A stretch of 64,000 nucleotides of DNA, taken from assembly GCA_965214605.1 (NCBI GenBank), contig OZ243961.1:352001-416000 (forward strand), in the 5' to 3' direction. A program made the translations under genes and the position numbers. The notes beneath the pieces were generated by a model, which saw only the letters and a program-made list of their open reading frames with translations, had not been told where the DNA came from and ran no database searches. Positions 41,907-53,300 of the stretch are shown piece by piece; within the stretch, counting starts at the first letter, position 1; every line of letters begins with the position of its first letter. The DNA comes from an uncultured Candidatus Binatia bacterium (GTDB lineage Bacteria > Desulfobacterota > Binatia > Bin18).

Positions 41907-43421
41907 ATGAGTACGAACGGGCATGCCATACCGTCGGAAAAGATTCGGGCTGACCTCTCCCATCCAGTCGTTGATGCCGATGGGCACTGGTTGGAATTTG
42001 GTCCCTTGATCAGAGGCCAGCTCCGCAAGATCGGCGGTGACAAAGCGGTCGAAGGCTTCTCCATGTTTCCCAAGCTGGTCCAGAGCCAGCTCGCCATGTC
42101 ACTCGCCGAGCGGAACGCCCACCGTACGGCCCAGCAGGCCTTCTGGGCACTTCCTACTAAAAACACCCGTGACAGAGCCACGGCTATGATGCCGAAGCTG
42201 ATGAATGAACGCATGGACGAACTCGGCCTTGACTTTAGTGTACTCTATCCAACCGCTGGTCTAGGTTTGCCCCTAGTCCCGGACGCCGAAGCACGTCGGG
42301 CTGCCTGCCGGGCCTTTAATACATTTAGCGCCGATTATTTTGGGCCTTTTGCCGATCGGATGACGCCGTCTGCGGTGATTCCAATGCACACCCCGGAGGA
42401 AGCGATTGAAGAGCTTGAGTACGCGGTCCAACAGCTCGGCCTCAAAGTCGTCATGTTGGGGAGCCTGATCGCACGTCCGATTGAAGCCGTAGCCGAGAAG
42501 ACGCCCGAGGCCGTCGACATTGCTGCCTGGCGAGACGTCCTGGGCCTTGACAGCGTGTATGACTACGACCCGGTGTGGGCTAAATGCGTAGAGCTCAAAG
42601 TTGCCCCCAGCTTTCACTCCGGCTCACGCGGTTTTGGCTTACGCGTGTCCCCCTCCAACTTTTGCTACAACCATATCGGCCACTTCGCGGTTGCGAATGA
42701 GGCGGTGTGCAAAGCGCTGTTCCTAGGCGGTGTCACGCGTCGCTTCCCCACTCTGAACTTCGCCTTCTTGGAGGGCGGGGTGGGCTGGGCCTGCCAGCTG
42801 TACGCGGACCTCATCGAACACTGGGAAAAGCGGAAACTCGACGCTCTCGAAGAGGTCAATCCCAAGAATCTGGATAGCCGCCTGCTCCTACAGCTCACGG
42901 AATCCTACGGGCATGCGGACATGGTTGCCGCCATGCACGAACGGGAAGCCATGTTTGACACAGCCATGCCGCCCAAGGCAGCGATGGATGTTGGCGGGAT
43001 AGACAACCTAGACGACTATGCGGCCTGTCGGATTGACAAAAAAGAAGATTTTAAAGACCTGTTTGTCAAAAACTTCTATTTTGGCTGCGAGGCCGACGAC
43101 CGGATGAACGCCTGGGCCTTTCACACCGGGTGTAATCCGTTTGCCTCCGAGCTCCACGCGTTGTTCGGTTCAGACGTCGGCCACTTCGACGTCCAAGACA
43201 TGGCTGGCGTCTTACGCGAGGCGCACGAGCTGGTCGACAACGGGCTGATGAACGCGGACAATTTTCGGGACTTTGTGTTTACCAATCCGGTTCGCTTCTG
43301 GGGCGAGACCAACCCGGACTTTTTTAGCGGCACGGTCGTTGAAAAAGAAGCGGCAGCCGTGTTAAGCAGCCCGTCGGTCGGAATCGGTCAGACCGGCCAG
43401 ACCGCTCAGCCGGCTCAATAA
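41907..43421 (+). CDS. Amidohydrolase family 2 protein
   Basis: VVDADGH, LYPT, FLEGGVGW, FGCEADD, GSDVGHFD. Confidence 0.85.
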   Translation: MSTNGHAIPSEKIRADLSHPVVDADGHWLEFGPLIRGQLRKIGGDKAVEGFSMFPKLVQSQLAMSLAERNAHRTAQQAFWALPTKNTRDRATAMMPKLMNERMDELGLDFSVLYPTAGLGLPLVPDAEARRAACRAFNTFSADYFGPFADRMTPSAVIPMHTPEEAIEELEYAVQQLGLKVVMLGSLIARPIEAVAEKTPEAVDIAAWRDVLGLDSVYDYDPVWAKCVELKVAPSFHSGSRGFGLRVSPSNFCYNHIGHFAVANEAVCKALFLGGVTRRFPTLNFAFLEGGVGWACQLYADLIEHWEKRKLDALEEVNPKNLDSRLLLQLTESYGHADMVAAMHEREAMFDTAMPPKAAMDVGGIDNLDDYAACRIDKKEDFKDLFVKNFYFGCEADDRMNAWAFHTGCNPFASELHALFGSDVGHFDVQDMAGVLREAHELVDNGLMNADNFRDFVFTNPVRFWGETNPDFFSGTVVEKEAAAVLSSPSVGIGQTGQTAQPAQ

Positions 43422-43446
43422 CACCGACCTCATCCCATGGTCATAG

Positions 43447-43468
43447 CCGGGCCCGTTGGTGCCCGGCG
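43447..43468. terminator. Hairpin between convergent genes
   Basis: GCCGGGC...GCCCGGC stem between the stops at 43421 and 43469. Confidence 0.45.
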
Positions 43469-44314
43469 TCAGGCGATACGTCTCTGCCCTCCCTCTCGGT
43501 TCAGCGAGCCAAGAAACCGACATACCGCATTCAGGCATTCCTCAGGTTCATCTACATAGATCTCATGCCCTGGCCCTTCCACCACGGTGATACGGGCGTC
43601 GGGAATCTCAGTGCGCATAGACAGTTGGTCAGCCAGCGGCGTGATCGGGCTATGGGCCGGAGCTAGGATGAGGGTTGGCACGCTGACCTGTGGCAGTAGC
43701 GGTGTGGTATCCGCGCCGTCCAAGGTCCGGGTAATACCTTGCAAAACGTGGGTCGGAGTCTTAGCCCACTCGTTTAGTACCCACTCAGTGTGAGCTGGGC
43801 TTTTACCGCTGATGATCTTGTGTTCGATCAACAGTCGGCCCCAGCCCCTTGAGCCGTCATGGGCCAGGGTTTGGTTCACATTGCCGTGGTGGCCTGACAG
43901 GGCTTGAGTACCCGAGGGACGAATCGTGGTCGGAGAATTACAAATAACGAGACTTTTAAAGCGTTCCGGCCAGCGGGTGGCGAACAGAATACCCAAGATA
44001 CCACCGATTGACTCGCCTACATAATGCACCTGCTCGAGGTCGAGCGCGTCCATGAAGTCGCGCATATCGGTGACCAACTCGTCGAGCGACCAGGCGTGGT
44101 CCGGTCCGGGGTCGGCCGACTGGCCGTGGCCGCGCAGATCACGCCGGATCACTCGATACTGCCCGGCCAGGCCGGGCACCCAATGATGCCAGAACCTCGT
44201 GTTCCGACCCACGCCGTGCTGCAACCAGACCGTCTCGGTATCGGTCCGCCACGGAGCGGTGAAATCGTCAATTTGGTAAAACATCTCGCAATTGTTCGCC
44301 GTCACTGTCGGCAT
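43469..44314 (-). CDS. Alpha/beta fold hydrolase
   Basis: QHG, DLRGHG, GESIGG, GHE. Confidence 0.88.
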   Translation of the reverse strand: MPTVTANNCEMFYQIDDFTAPWRTDTETVWLQHGVGRNTRFWHHWVPGLAGQYRVIRRDLRGHGQSADPGPDHAWSLDELVTDMRDFMDALDLEQVHYVGESIGGILGILFATRWPERFKSLVICNSPTTIRPSGTQALSGHHGNVNQTLAHDGSRGWGRLLIEHKIISGKSPAHTEWVLNEWAKTPTHVLQGITRTLDGADTTPLLPQVSVPTLILAPAHSPITPLADQLSMRTEIPDARITVVEGPGHEIYVDEPEECLNAVCRFLGSLNREGGQRRIA

Positions 44315-44457
44315 ACCGCCCTCCTTAGTCTACGCTTGCCTGCTAGCTAACACAGTCGCCCGGTCGCCGTCTATCCAGCCTCATCCCCCAGACTTGCCCT
44401 TTACGAGACTGAGGCTGGCGGGCTATGATCGGTTCATACACGCATAAGGGGGCACTC

Positions 44458-45345
44458 ATGTTTACCATAGGCAAACTGTTCCATCTCACTCATGTGGTGG
44501 ACGATCTCGAAGCGGTCGATCGCTGGTACGATGAAGTGTTTTCAGTCACCCGGTTCTACAACGGTTACGAGGAGTTGGCCGGTCGTAACGCCTCCCTCAT
44601 CGCCATTGGCGATGTCATCATGGAACCGATGATGCCGGCTCGAGTTGAGCCGCTCAAAAATCCGTCGGTCAAGAAATTCCACGATCGGTTTGGCCAGCAC
44701 TTCCATTCCATAGCCTGGTATGTGGATGATGTGAAGGCCATCTCCGAGCGGCTCGACTCGGCAGGATTTCGCCTATTTAATATCGTGGGCAAGATGGTCA
44801 AACCGTCCGATAAGACAGCCGCGATCTGGACGCATCCCAAAGAGACCTCGGGCCAGCTGGAGTTTGCCCTGTCCGGTGATTATATTGCCGACCCACGTCT
44901 CAAACCGGACTGGTCACATGCGCCGTGGCGGGAGCATCCTCTGGGGATTGAGCGTGCGTCCCATATCGGAGTGGTGGTTGGGAGTCTGACCAAAACAAAA
45001 CAGCTGTACTGTGAAGTGCTGGGCGGGACACTGCTGCACGAGGAGACGGTCGTCGGACGCAAGCACAGCGCTTTTGTGGCGGTTGGTGAAGATACCGTTG
45101 TAGAGCTGTCTGAGCCTATATCGGCAGACAGTCCAGAGGGGCGCGAGCTAGATACACACGGCGAGGGGATCTATTCGCTGATCTTTAAGACGCGCAACCT
45201 AGAGCAGGCTCAGAACTTTCTGCGGTCTCGACAGCATCGGCCCGCTGCCGACAGCCCAGATACCATTGTGCTCGGGACCGACCAGGCGTTTGGTATGGTC
45301 GTCGGCTTTACCCAACGCACGCTTCCGGACGATCCACGCGCCTGA
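44458..45345 (+). CDS. VOC/glyoxalase family protein (two domains)
   Basis: FHLTHVVDDL, HFHSIAWYVDD, SHIGVVV, VELSEP, GEGIYSL. Confidence 0.8.
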   Translation: MFTIGKLFHLTHVVDDLEAVDRWYDEVFSVTRFYNGYEELAGRNASLIAIGDVIMEPMMPARVEPLKNPSVKKFHDRFGQHFHSIAWYVDDVKAISERLDSAGFRLFNIVGKMVKPSDKTAAIWTHPKETSGQLEFALSGDYIADPRLKPDWSHAPWREHPLGIERASHIGVVVGSLTKTKQLYCEVLGGTLLHEETVVGRKHSAFVAVGEDTVVELSEPISADSPEGRELDTHGEGIYSLIFKTRNLEQAQNFLRSRQHRPAADSPDTIVLGTDQAFGMVVGFTQRTLPDDPRA

Positions 45346-45419
45346 GTTTACCGTAGGCCGCCCCGTATGGAGCCAAGGATGGGGTGAAGACAGAAATCGT
45401 ACCTAGGAGGACACAAACG

Positions 45420-47150
45420 ATGGCGGATTTCGATATCCAGATTAAAGGCGGCACTGTTGTTGATGGCACGCGCGTCCCGCGCTTCCGGGCCGATGTATGG
45501 ATTCGGAACGGCAAAATCGCCCAGATTGGTGGACGGGCGCCCGGTTTTGCTAAAAAGATCATTGACGCGGACGGCTTAATCGTGGCCCCCGGATTTATTG
45601 ATCTCCATACCCACTATGACGCCCAGATCCGCTGGGACCCATACTGTACCATTTCCGGCTGGCACGGCGTCACCTCGCTGGTGTTGGGCAACTGCGGGTT
45701 TGGTTTTGCTCCGTGTAAACCCGACTTTCGTGAGCGCTCAATGCTGACCATGACCCGTACTGAAGCCATCCCGTATGTGTCGATGGAAGCCGGCATGACC
45801 TGGGACTGGGAGACGATTCCTGAATACCTGGACTCGCTTGAGCGCGTCCCTAAAGGCGTCAACTGCATTCAGTACATGCCGACCGCATCTCTGATGACCT
45901 ATGTCATGGGTCTCGAAGCGGCAAAAACGCGGCCCGCGACCGAAGCCGAGCGCGCGGCTATGCACCGCCTACTAGCCGAAGGCATGGACGCGGGGTTGTG
46001 CGGGTTTTCGATTCAGCGGCTGGGGTGGCATTCGGGTCAGGCAGATTACGACGGCTCGCCCATGGTCACCGACACAATGGTCGATGAAGACATTCTGAAC
46101 TTGGCTCGGGTGCTGCGTGAGCGAGATGACGGGTTTATCCAGATCACCCAGGCAACTGGCCACATGAAGGAAGATTTGGCATTCTTGGAAAAACTCGCCT
46201 CAGAAGCCCAGCGGCCGATTTTGCATAACGCGATTGCGGCCAGCAAACGCAATCCAGATCCGCACCGTAAGAGTCTCGCCTGGCTGGAACGCATGCGGGC
46301 CAAAGGCTTACCAATCTTTGGCCAGGGCGCGACGGTGCGCAGCGGCTTTGCCTTTACGCTCGAACATTGGAATCTGTACGATGTGTCTGCGGCGTGGCGC
46401 GATATGTTGACCGGCAGCAAGGAAGAGCGGGCGAACAAGATGCGCGACCCTCAACTCCGTCAAGCGGCAAAAAGTGAAAAATCAATGCGAGCACTAGACC
46501 GCAACGCAGCCGGCATAGGCGGGCGCCTGCCCCGCCTGCTTGTTCAGGCGGTCGCCAACACTCTGGAGCTGGAAAAGTATGTCGGTCAGTCTGTGGGCGA
46601 GATCGCCGATGCAGAGAACAAACATCCGGTTGATGTCATGCTGGATCTGTCCCTGGCCACCGACCTGAAGGCCGAGTTTCTCCAACCCGAACCAGAGTTT
46701 AACGCTGGCTTCAACGCCGAGATTATTACCGACTCGATGTATACCTTCCCAGGAGTCTCAGACGGCGGAGCGCATACCAAGTTTTTCACCGGCGGGGCGT
46801 TCACGACCGACTTTCTGCGCTGGCTGGTCCGAGACGAGCAGAGGATTAGTCTTGAAGAGGCCCACTATCGTCTGTCGGCTCTGCCAGCTCACGCGGCCGG
46901 ATTTCGGGATCGTGGGGTGCTGCACGAAGGCACAGCTGCCGACGTAGTGGTGTACGAATTGGACGGCCTAGGTATCGAACCAGACTGGGTCGGTGAGATC
47001 GCCCGCGATCTGCCCGGCGGAGAGTGGCGCCGGATTCAGCGTTCACGTGGCTATCGGTCTATTATCGTCAACGGGGTTGAGACCTTTGCCAACGGCGAAT
47101 GTAGCGGGCAAACGCCGGGCAAGCTCCTACGCCACGGTCGGGCCACCTAG
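45420..47150 (+). CDS. N-acyl-D-amino-acid deacylase family amidohydrolase
   Basis: APGFIDLHTHYD, HGVTS.V.GNCG, SDGGAH. Confidence 0.9.
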   Translation: MADFDIQIKGGTVVDGTRVPRFRADVWIRNGKIAQIGGRAPGFAKKIIDADGLIVAPGFIDLHTHYDAQIRWDPYCTISGWHGVTSLVLGNCGFGFAPCKPDFRERSMLTMTRTEAIPYVSMEAGMTWDWETIPEYLDSLERVPKGVNCIQYMPTASLMTYVMGLEAAKTRPATEAERAAMHRLLAEGMDAGLCGFSIQRLGWHSGQADYDGSPMVTDTMVDEDILNLARVLRERDDGFIQITQATGHMKEDLAFLEKLASEAQRPILHNAIAASKRNPDPHRKSLAWLERMRAKGLPIFGQGATVRSGFAFTLEHWNLYDVSAAWRDMLTGSKEERANKMRDPQLRQAAKSEKSMRALDRNAAGIGGRLPRLLVQAVANTLELEKYVGQSVGEIADAENKHPVDVMLDLSLATDLKAEFLQPEPEFNAGFNAEIITDSMYTFPGVSDGGAHTKFFTGGAFTTDFLRWLVRDEQRISLEEAHYRLSALPAHAAGFRDRGVLHEGTAADVVVYELDGLGIEPDWVGEIARDLPGGEWRRIQRSRGYRSIIVNGVETFANGECSGQTPGKLLRHGRAT

Positions 47151-47180
47151 CCCTTGTTGTGTATGTGGACGCTCTCACTC

Positions 47181-47205
47181 CGGGCAGGGCTGATAGTCCT
47201 GCCCG
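47181..47205. terminator. Hairpin between convergent genes
   Basis: CGGGCAGG...CCTGCCCG stem. Confidence 0.45.
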
Positions 47206-47221
47206 GTCCCTTGTGCGGCCC

Positions 47222-47980
47222 TTATGAAAAATGCACCGACACGTCTCCGATATCAGAAAAAGACGCCCGATAGGTGCCCGCCTGAGTGATCGCGTGATGA
47301 CAAAATGAGCCGGTGATCACCGGCTGTCCGGGCTTGAGCCCGTGGCCGTAGGTGTGGAGTAGCCGACACAAGCGCGACAGCGAAAGGTAAGGGTCATCCA
47401 TAGTCTCACCCGGTGTCTTCGTCTCAATCAACCGTCCATCCCGAGAAAATTCAACGCTGGTATGAATCAGATCGTCCCGAACTGCAGTCGGAGGTCCGAG
47501 CACAATGCCCCACTGGGCTAGACCGTCGGCCAGCAGGGTGGCCGGCCTTGTGTCGGTCCTGAGCCTGATCTCGTTGATCTCAAACGCCGGGGCAACGGCT
47601 CGGACCGCGGCCTTTGCTTCGGCCACACTCACATTCTGGCCAGACAGGGCCACATCGACGATCAGACACAGTTCTGGTTCCAGACGACAGTTAAGAATAT
47701 TGGCGCGGGGCAGGACTGAGCCAGAATCGAAAATACGGCTGCGCAAGATGTAGCCAAACGGCCGAAAGCCAACGCCCATCCGGTCGCGTGCTCTGCCCGA
47801 GGTCAACCCGACTTTCCATCCCCCGAGCTGCTCTCCCGTGGCGGTGAAACGCTCAAGCACCCTGAGCTGTCTCTCCAGCCCAGCCTCGACACCGAGTTGG
47901 ACCTCGTCAAGTCCGGACACGACGACACTATCTCGGCGGCCGATGTATAAAGCGTCGATAAAAGCAGTCTGCTCTCCCAT
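47222..47980 (-). CDS. 2-keto-4-pentenoate hydratase-like (FAA hydrolase family)
   Basis: GWKVGLTS, LEPE, PAFEI, VITGS. Confidence 0.82.
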   Translation of the reverse strand: MGEQTAFIDALYIGRRDSVVVSGLDEVQLGVEAGLERQLRVLERFTATGEQLGGWKVGLTSGRARDRMGVGFRPFGYILRSRIFDSGSVLPRANILNCRLEPELCLIVDVALSGQNVSVAEAKAAVRAVAPAFEINEIRLRTDTRPATLLADGLAQWGIVLGPPTAVRDDLIHTSVEFSRDGRLIETKTPGETMDDPYLSLSRLCRLLHTYGHGLKPGQPVITGSFCHHAITQAGTYRASFSDIGDVSVHFS

Positions 47981-47997
47981 CACCGTCACGCCTTTCC

Positions 47998-49125
47998 TCA
48001 CGAGTCCAGACCGTAGCAGCGGACGGCGTTATCACTCATGATGTTGGACTGGGCGACGTCTGGGAGATCCGCACAGTGCTCTTTCAGTTCGTCCACCACG
48101 CCCGGAAAAACACAGTCAAAATGTGGGTAATCCGATGCCCACATCAAGACCTTGTGGGTGGCGCAGGCGACTGCGGTTTTGAGCGCTACGTCATCAGGCT
48201 CGCATGACAGAAAGCACTGTCGATGGAAATACTCACTAGGTTTGAGGCTTAGGGGCGGCAGCATATGACCGATCTTTTCGGCGAATTCATCCAGCCGGGC
48301 TAGCCAGTAGGGCAACCAGCCACCACCCGACTCAAGGATGGCGATGCGGAGTTGAGGATAGTTCTCCAGTACTCCGCCACAACACAGGTCCATACAGGCC
48401 ATCTGTTGCTCAAACGGATGAGCGATGATCATCCGCTGGAAGAAGTTGGGATAGCGGTCAAAGCCGGCCGTGGGCAGCTCACCGATCACTGCGCTGTGAA
48501 TTGCCACCGTACAGTCGAGCTCCTGAGCCTCAGCCCACAGCGGATCATAGGCCGGGTCGTTGAGGCGGCGGTCATTATACGGGTTGGGCCGAATCGTGAT
48601 CGCTTTCACCCCCTGCTCTTTGACCACCCGACGCATCTCACGTATGGCCGCCTCAACATCAATCAGTGGGACTGGCGCAATCTGATAGAGCCGGTCGGAA
48701 TACGGACGGCAGAAGTCGGCCATCCAGTTGTTGTAGGCACGGCAGGCGGCAGCAGCCAACTCTGGGTCGCGCAAACCGCCATACGCCAACCCTAGCGAGG
48801 GATAGAGGATCGAGACATCGATGCCATCCGCGTCCATGTCTTTGATCCGGGCGTGAGGCTCGAAGCTGCCGGGCCGCAGATCCTCCCACGACAATTGCCG
48901 AGCATGTTCGGGATGGCTCAGGCCGCCCGGGATACACATTGCAGCAATCATCATCGGACTACGGGACAGAATCCGGCCCTCGACCTTCATCCGATCAATC
49001 CCCTCACTATCTTTGACGACCTGCGGAACACGGTCACGAAAGGCGAGTTCGACGTACTCCTGCCACAGGACCGCTGGCTCGACGATGTGGCCGTCAGCAT
49101 CGATGATTTTAGGCTGAGATATCAT
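47998..49125 (-). CDS. Amidohydrolase family 2 protein
   Basis: IIDADGH, LESGGGW, WASDYPHFD. Confidence 0.9.
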   Translation of the reverse strand: MISQPKIIDADGHIVEPAVLWQEYVELAFRDRVPQVVKDSEGIDRMKVEGRILSRSPMMIAAMCIPGGLSHPEHARQLSWEDLRPGSFEPHARIKDMDADGIDVSILYPSLGLAYGGLRDPELAAAACRAYNNWMADFCRPYSDRLYQIAPVPLIDVEAAIREMRRVVKEQGVKAITIRPNPYNDRRLNDPAYDPLWAEAQELDCTVAIHSAVIGELPTAGFDRYPNFFQRMIIAHPFEQQMACMDLCCGGVLENYPQLRIAILESGGGWLPYWLARLDEFAEKIGHMLPPLSLKPSEYFHRQCFLSCEPDDVALKTAVACATHKVLMWASDYPHFDCVFPGVVDELKEHCADLPDVAQSNIMSDNAVRCYGLDS

Positions 49126-49134
49126 GGTGCCTCC

Positions 49135-50343
49135 TTAGGTTGAGTAGGCCGAGTTAAAGTGGACGTAGCCGGTGGACAGGTCGGACGTCACGACATGAGC
49201 CGTCCCTTTGCCCCCGCGAAGATCAATAGCGATGGCGAACTCGGGTTGCTTCATGACCCCTGCGGCCCGTTTTTCGTTCTGCGGACCGGTACTCCTGCCG
49301 TTTCGACCAATTAAAATATCACCTACCATGATATTGAGTTTGTTCTGATCCAGTTGGACTCCGGCATAACCGACCGCGCACGCGATCCGTCCCCAGTTCG
49401 GGTCGCCACCGAAAAAGGCGGTTTTAACGAGCGGAGAGGAGGCAACGGTCCGAGCGATCTTCCGGGCGTCTTCGTCGGTTTTTGTACCCCGGACAAAAAT
49501 ATCAACCACCCGGGTCGCGCCCTCGCCGTCCTTGACACACAGTCGGGCTAACTCGCACAGGACCTCACCAACCGCCGTCTTAAAGGTCCGGAAGTCTCGA
49601 CCCGACTTCTTGACGGGCCGATTATGAGCCAGGCCATTGGCCATGAGGACAAGTGTATCGCTGGTGCTGGTATCCCCGTCCACACTGATGGCGTTAAACG
49701 AGTCGTCGAGCGTCATCGCCAAGGTCTGGTGTAAGGCATCAGCTTCCACCGCCGCGTCGGTTACCACGTAACACAGCATGGTCGCCATATGAGGGTTGAT
49801 CATGCCCGCCCCTTTGGCCAGACCGGCCAGCGTCACGGTCTGACTGCCAATTTTCAGTTGACGGACGGCGGCTTTTGGAAAGGCATCGGTGGTCATCATC
49901 CCCGACAGTGCGTCCCAAAATCTCTTGGGCGAGAGTTTGTTGCACGCCTCAAGAATACCGGGGCGCATTTTTTCCCACGGCGGCAGGATACCGATTTTGC
50001 CGGTTGAAGAGGGGAGAACAAGGGCGTCTTCGATATTCAACGTGCGGCCGACCAGATGACACGTATTACGGGCTAGGCGCAGACCGGCTTCTCCAGTTGA
50101 AACGTTGGCAATACCGCTATTAATCACCACGGCCTGGAGTTGGCCACGCTTCATCCGCTCTAGACCGACTAGCACTGGTGCACCTTTGATCTGATTGGTG
50201 GTAAAAGCAGCCGCCGCCGTAGCAGGTTGGTCTGAAACGATCAGCGCCAAGTCCTTTTTTCTACTCGGCTTGATACCGCATGAGACGCCGCTAAAGCGAA
50301 AGCCGGGCACCACAACCGGTTTTTTCTCTACCTTCACGCGCAT
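49135..50343 (-). CDS. argJ: Bifunctional ornithine acetyltransferase/N-acetylglutamate synthase
   Basis: KGAGMINPHMATML, VDGDTSTSD, DGEGAT, SPLVKTA..GGDPNWGRI. Confidence 0.96.
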   Translation of the reverse strand: MRVKVEKKPVVVPGFRFSGVSCGIKPSRKKDLALIVSDQPATAAAAFTTNQIKGAPVLVGLERMKRGQLQAVVINSGIANVSTGEAGLRLARNTCHLVGRTLNIEDALVLPSSTGKIGILPPWEKMRPGILEACNKLSPKRFWDALSGMMTTDAFPKAAVRQLKIGSQTVTLAGLAKGAGMINPHMATMLCYVVTDAAVEADALHQTLAMTLDDSFNAISVDGDTSTSDTLVLMANGLAHNRPVKKSGRDFRTFKTAVGEVLCELARLCVKDGEGATRVVDIFVRGTKTDEDARKIARTVASSPLVKTAFFGGDPNWGRIACAVGYAGVQLDQNKLNIMVGDILIGRNGRSTGPQNEKRAAGVMKQPEFAIAIDLRGGKGTAHVVTSDLSTGYVHFNSAYST

Positions 50344-50352
50344 GCTGTTCTC

Positions 50353-53300
50353 CTATGCCCCGTGACATTTTTTGTATTTGCGGCCACTGCCACACGGACA
50401 CGGGTCGTTGCGCCCAACCTTGGGCTCATTTCTCCGGACCTGGGTCGCCGGGGCTGGCGGCTGCTGAGGATCCTGACCGTGGCTCATACTAATCGGACGG
50501 CGGGGCTGGGCTTGACGCGCCTCCATTTTCTGGACATCTTCCTGGCGGGCAATCTGGACGGTAAAGAGTTTCTCTACCACCTCGGCTCGCATCCGGTCAT
50601 GGAGTTGCTCAAACAGCGCAAAGCCTTCTTTCTGGTATTCTTGAAGGGGATTCTTTTGTCCGTACCCCCTCAGCCCGACGGCTTCTTTGAGATGATCCAT
50701 GGACAGCAGATGGTCTTTCCAGAGGGCGTCCATGGTCTGCAGCAAAATGACCTTCTCCAGGTAGTGCAAGACCGGCGGCGTAAAATTTTCCTCTCGTTCT
50801 CGATAAATCGCTAGGATCTTATCGTGGACAGCCTCGCTCAAGCTGTCGGCCTCGGAGTTATGTTTCTCTTCCTCGCTCAGCGAGAGCCGAAAATTGAACT
50901 GGCGGAAGAGGGCATCGTCCAGGGCCTTCCAGTCCCACTCTTCAGGCGGTAGATCCTCTGATAGGTAGAACCCGACTGTTTTTTTGGCAACCTCCTCAAT
51001 CATCTCCAGGACTTCGGCCGAGAGATTGTCACTAGTCAGGAAGGTGCGGCGCTGATCGTAAATCACCTCGCGCTGCTTATTCATAACATCGTCATACTCG
51101 AGCAGGTGTTTGCGGATATCAAAGTTCCGTGCTTCGACCCGTCTCTGGGCATTCTCGATGGCCTTGCTGACCATACCGTGTTCAATCGGCTCACCCTCTT
51201 CCATACCCAGACGATCCATGATGCCCTGAATTCGATCTGCCCCAAAAATGCGCAGCAGATCGTCTTCAAGAGACAGATAGAAGCGTGACGAGCCGGGGTC
51301 ACCCTGGCGCCCAGCCCGACCGCGCAGCTGGTTGTCGATGCGCCGTGCCTCATGCCGTTCAGTCCCCAGAATATGCAGCCCACCGGTGGCCACGACCTTA
51401 TCGCGTTCTTGGGCGCAGGTGGCCCGGTATTTGGCCAAGGCCGTATCAAAAGCACGCTGGTAGACGTCTGGGGACTTTTCGAGCTGTTCGCGGACTTCCT
51501 CAACGACCTTGACCCGTTCGCGGCGCTGTTCTTCGTAAATCCGTTCGGCCTCAGCGACCGCTGCTTCGTATGGCTGGCGTTTTTCTTCGTAGAGTTGATC
51601 GGCCTCATCATACGCTCGCTGGGCTTCTTGATAGGCCCGTTGGGCCCGCTCAAAGTGCTGGCCGACCTCACCGTTGTCACTCAGCACGACCTCGGCAACG
51701 CGAACAATCGCCTGACCGTATTCGTCAAGGACGCGCTCATAACGGTCCCGCATGACCTCGAGACGGTCGGCCGCCTGGGGCGAAACGTCTTCGGCCAACA
51801 GTCCGGCATAATCGGCGCACACGGTCTCATACTCCTCCCGCCGCTCTTCGGGCAGAGAGGGCCCAACGACCTTGTCGTACTCGGTCAAGGCGTGTTCATA
51901 CGTCCCACACGCTTGAGCGTATTGTTGCAGGATGTCTGTTGCGGGCGGGCCAGCCATAAAATCGATTTGGGCGGTGAGGGTCTGATAGTCGGCCCGGGCC
52001 TTTTGGAAGGACGCGTGGAGGAAGGGCCGGTAGGTCTCAGACAGACGTGACAGCGCCGCGTTGCGGGTCTCTTCGTGCGGTTTCCACCCCGGCTCGTACC
52101 GCTGGCGCGCCTGGGTTAGGGATTCGTTGTACGCTTCGCGCAGCTCTTCGAGGCTCTCTTCGTAGCTCTTGGTTTTGGTTTGGGCCGGGGCAGTTTTTTT
52201 CAACCAGGTTTTTTCAATCTCAACCCGAGCAAGAAACTCGGGATTGCCGCCGAGCAAAATGTCGGTTCCCCGGCCAGCCATATTGGTGGCGATCGTCACT
52301 CCCCCCAAACGGCCCGCCTGAGCAATAATATTAGCCTCAGCCTCGTGATTGACCGCGTTCAACACGTTGTGCTTGATGTTTTTCTTTTTGAGCAGCTTGC
52401 TGAGTCGTTCGGATTTTTCGACCGATACGGTACCGACCAATACGGGTTGGCCACGGTGGTGACACTCCGCGATATCGTCGGCCACAGCCCGAAATTTTTC
52501 GCGCTCGGTTTTGTACACCATGTCGGGGAAGTCTTGGCGCAACATGCCTTTGTTGGGAGGAATGACGACCACGTCAAGGCTATAGATCTTTTTGAACTCT
52601 ATCGCCTCGGTATCGGCCGTGCCCGTCATGCCACCCAGCTTGTGATACATGCGAAAATAGTTCTGAATGGTAATCGTTGCTAGGGTCTGATTTTCCTCCC
52701 GGATACGCACTCCCTCTTTAGCCTCAACCGCTTGGTGGAGCCCCTCAGACCATCGCCGGCCAGGCATCAAGCGGCCGGTGAACTCATCAACGATGATGAC
52801 CTCCCCGTCTTTGAGCACATAGTCGACATCCCGCTTAAATAGCGCATGGGCCCGTAGTGCTTGATTGACGTGGTGGAGGATGCTGATTTCAGACGGATCG
52901 TAGAGGTTTTTGACCCCTAAGATGCGCTCGACCTTGGACACTCCTTCCTCGGTTAAGGTCGCGTTCCGCTGTTTTTCATCAATCGCATAATCGAGGTCTT
53001 TTTGTAGACGGGGAATGACCCGATTCAGGGTGTAATATTTTTCGGTCGATTCCTCGGCCGGACCAGAGATGATCAGCGGCGTGCGCGCCTCATCGATCAG
53101 GATGTTATCGACCTCGTCCACAATCGCGAAATGGAGCTCACCCTGCGCGTACTCCTCGTTGCTAAACTTCATATTATCGCGCAAATAGTCAAAACCGAAC
53201 TCATTGTTTGTCCCGTAGGTCACATCGGCCTGATACGCCTCCTGGCGGCTGACGGGGCGCAGATTAAGAAAACGGTAGTCTTTGACGACATGGCTGGGGT

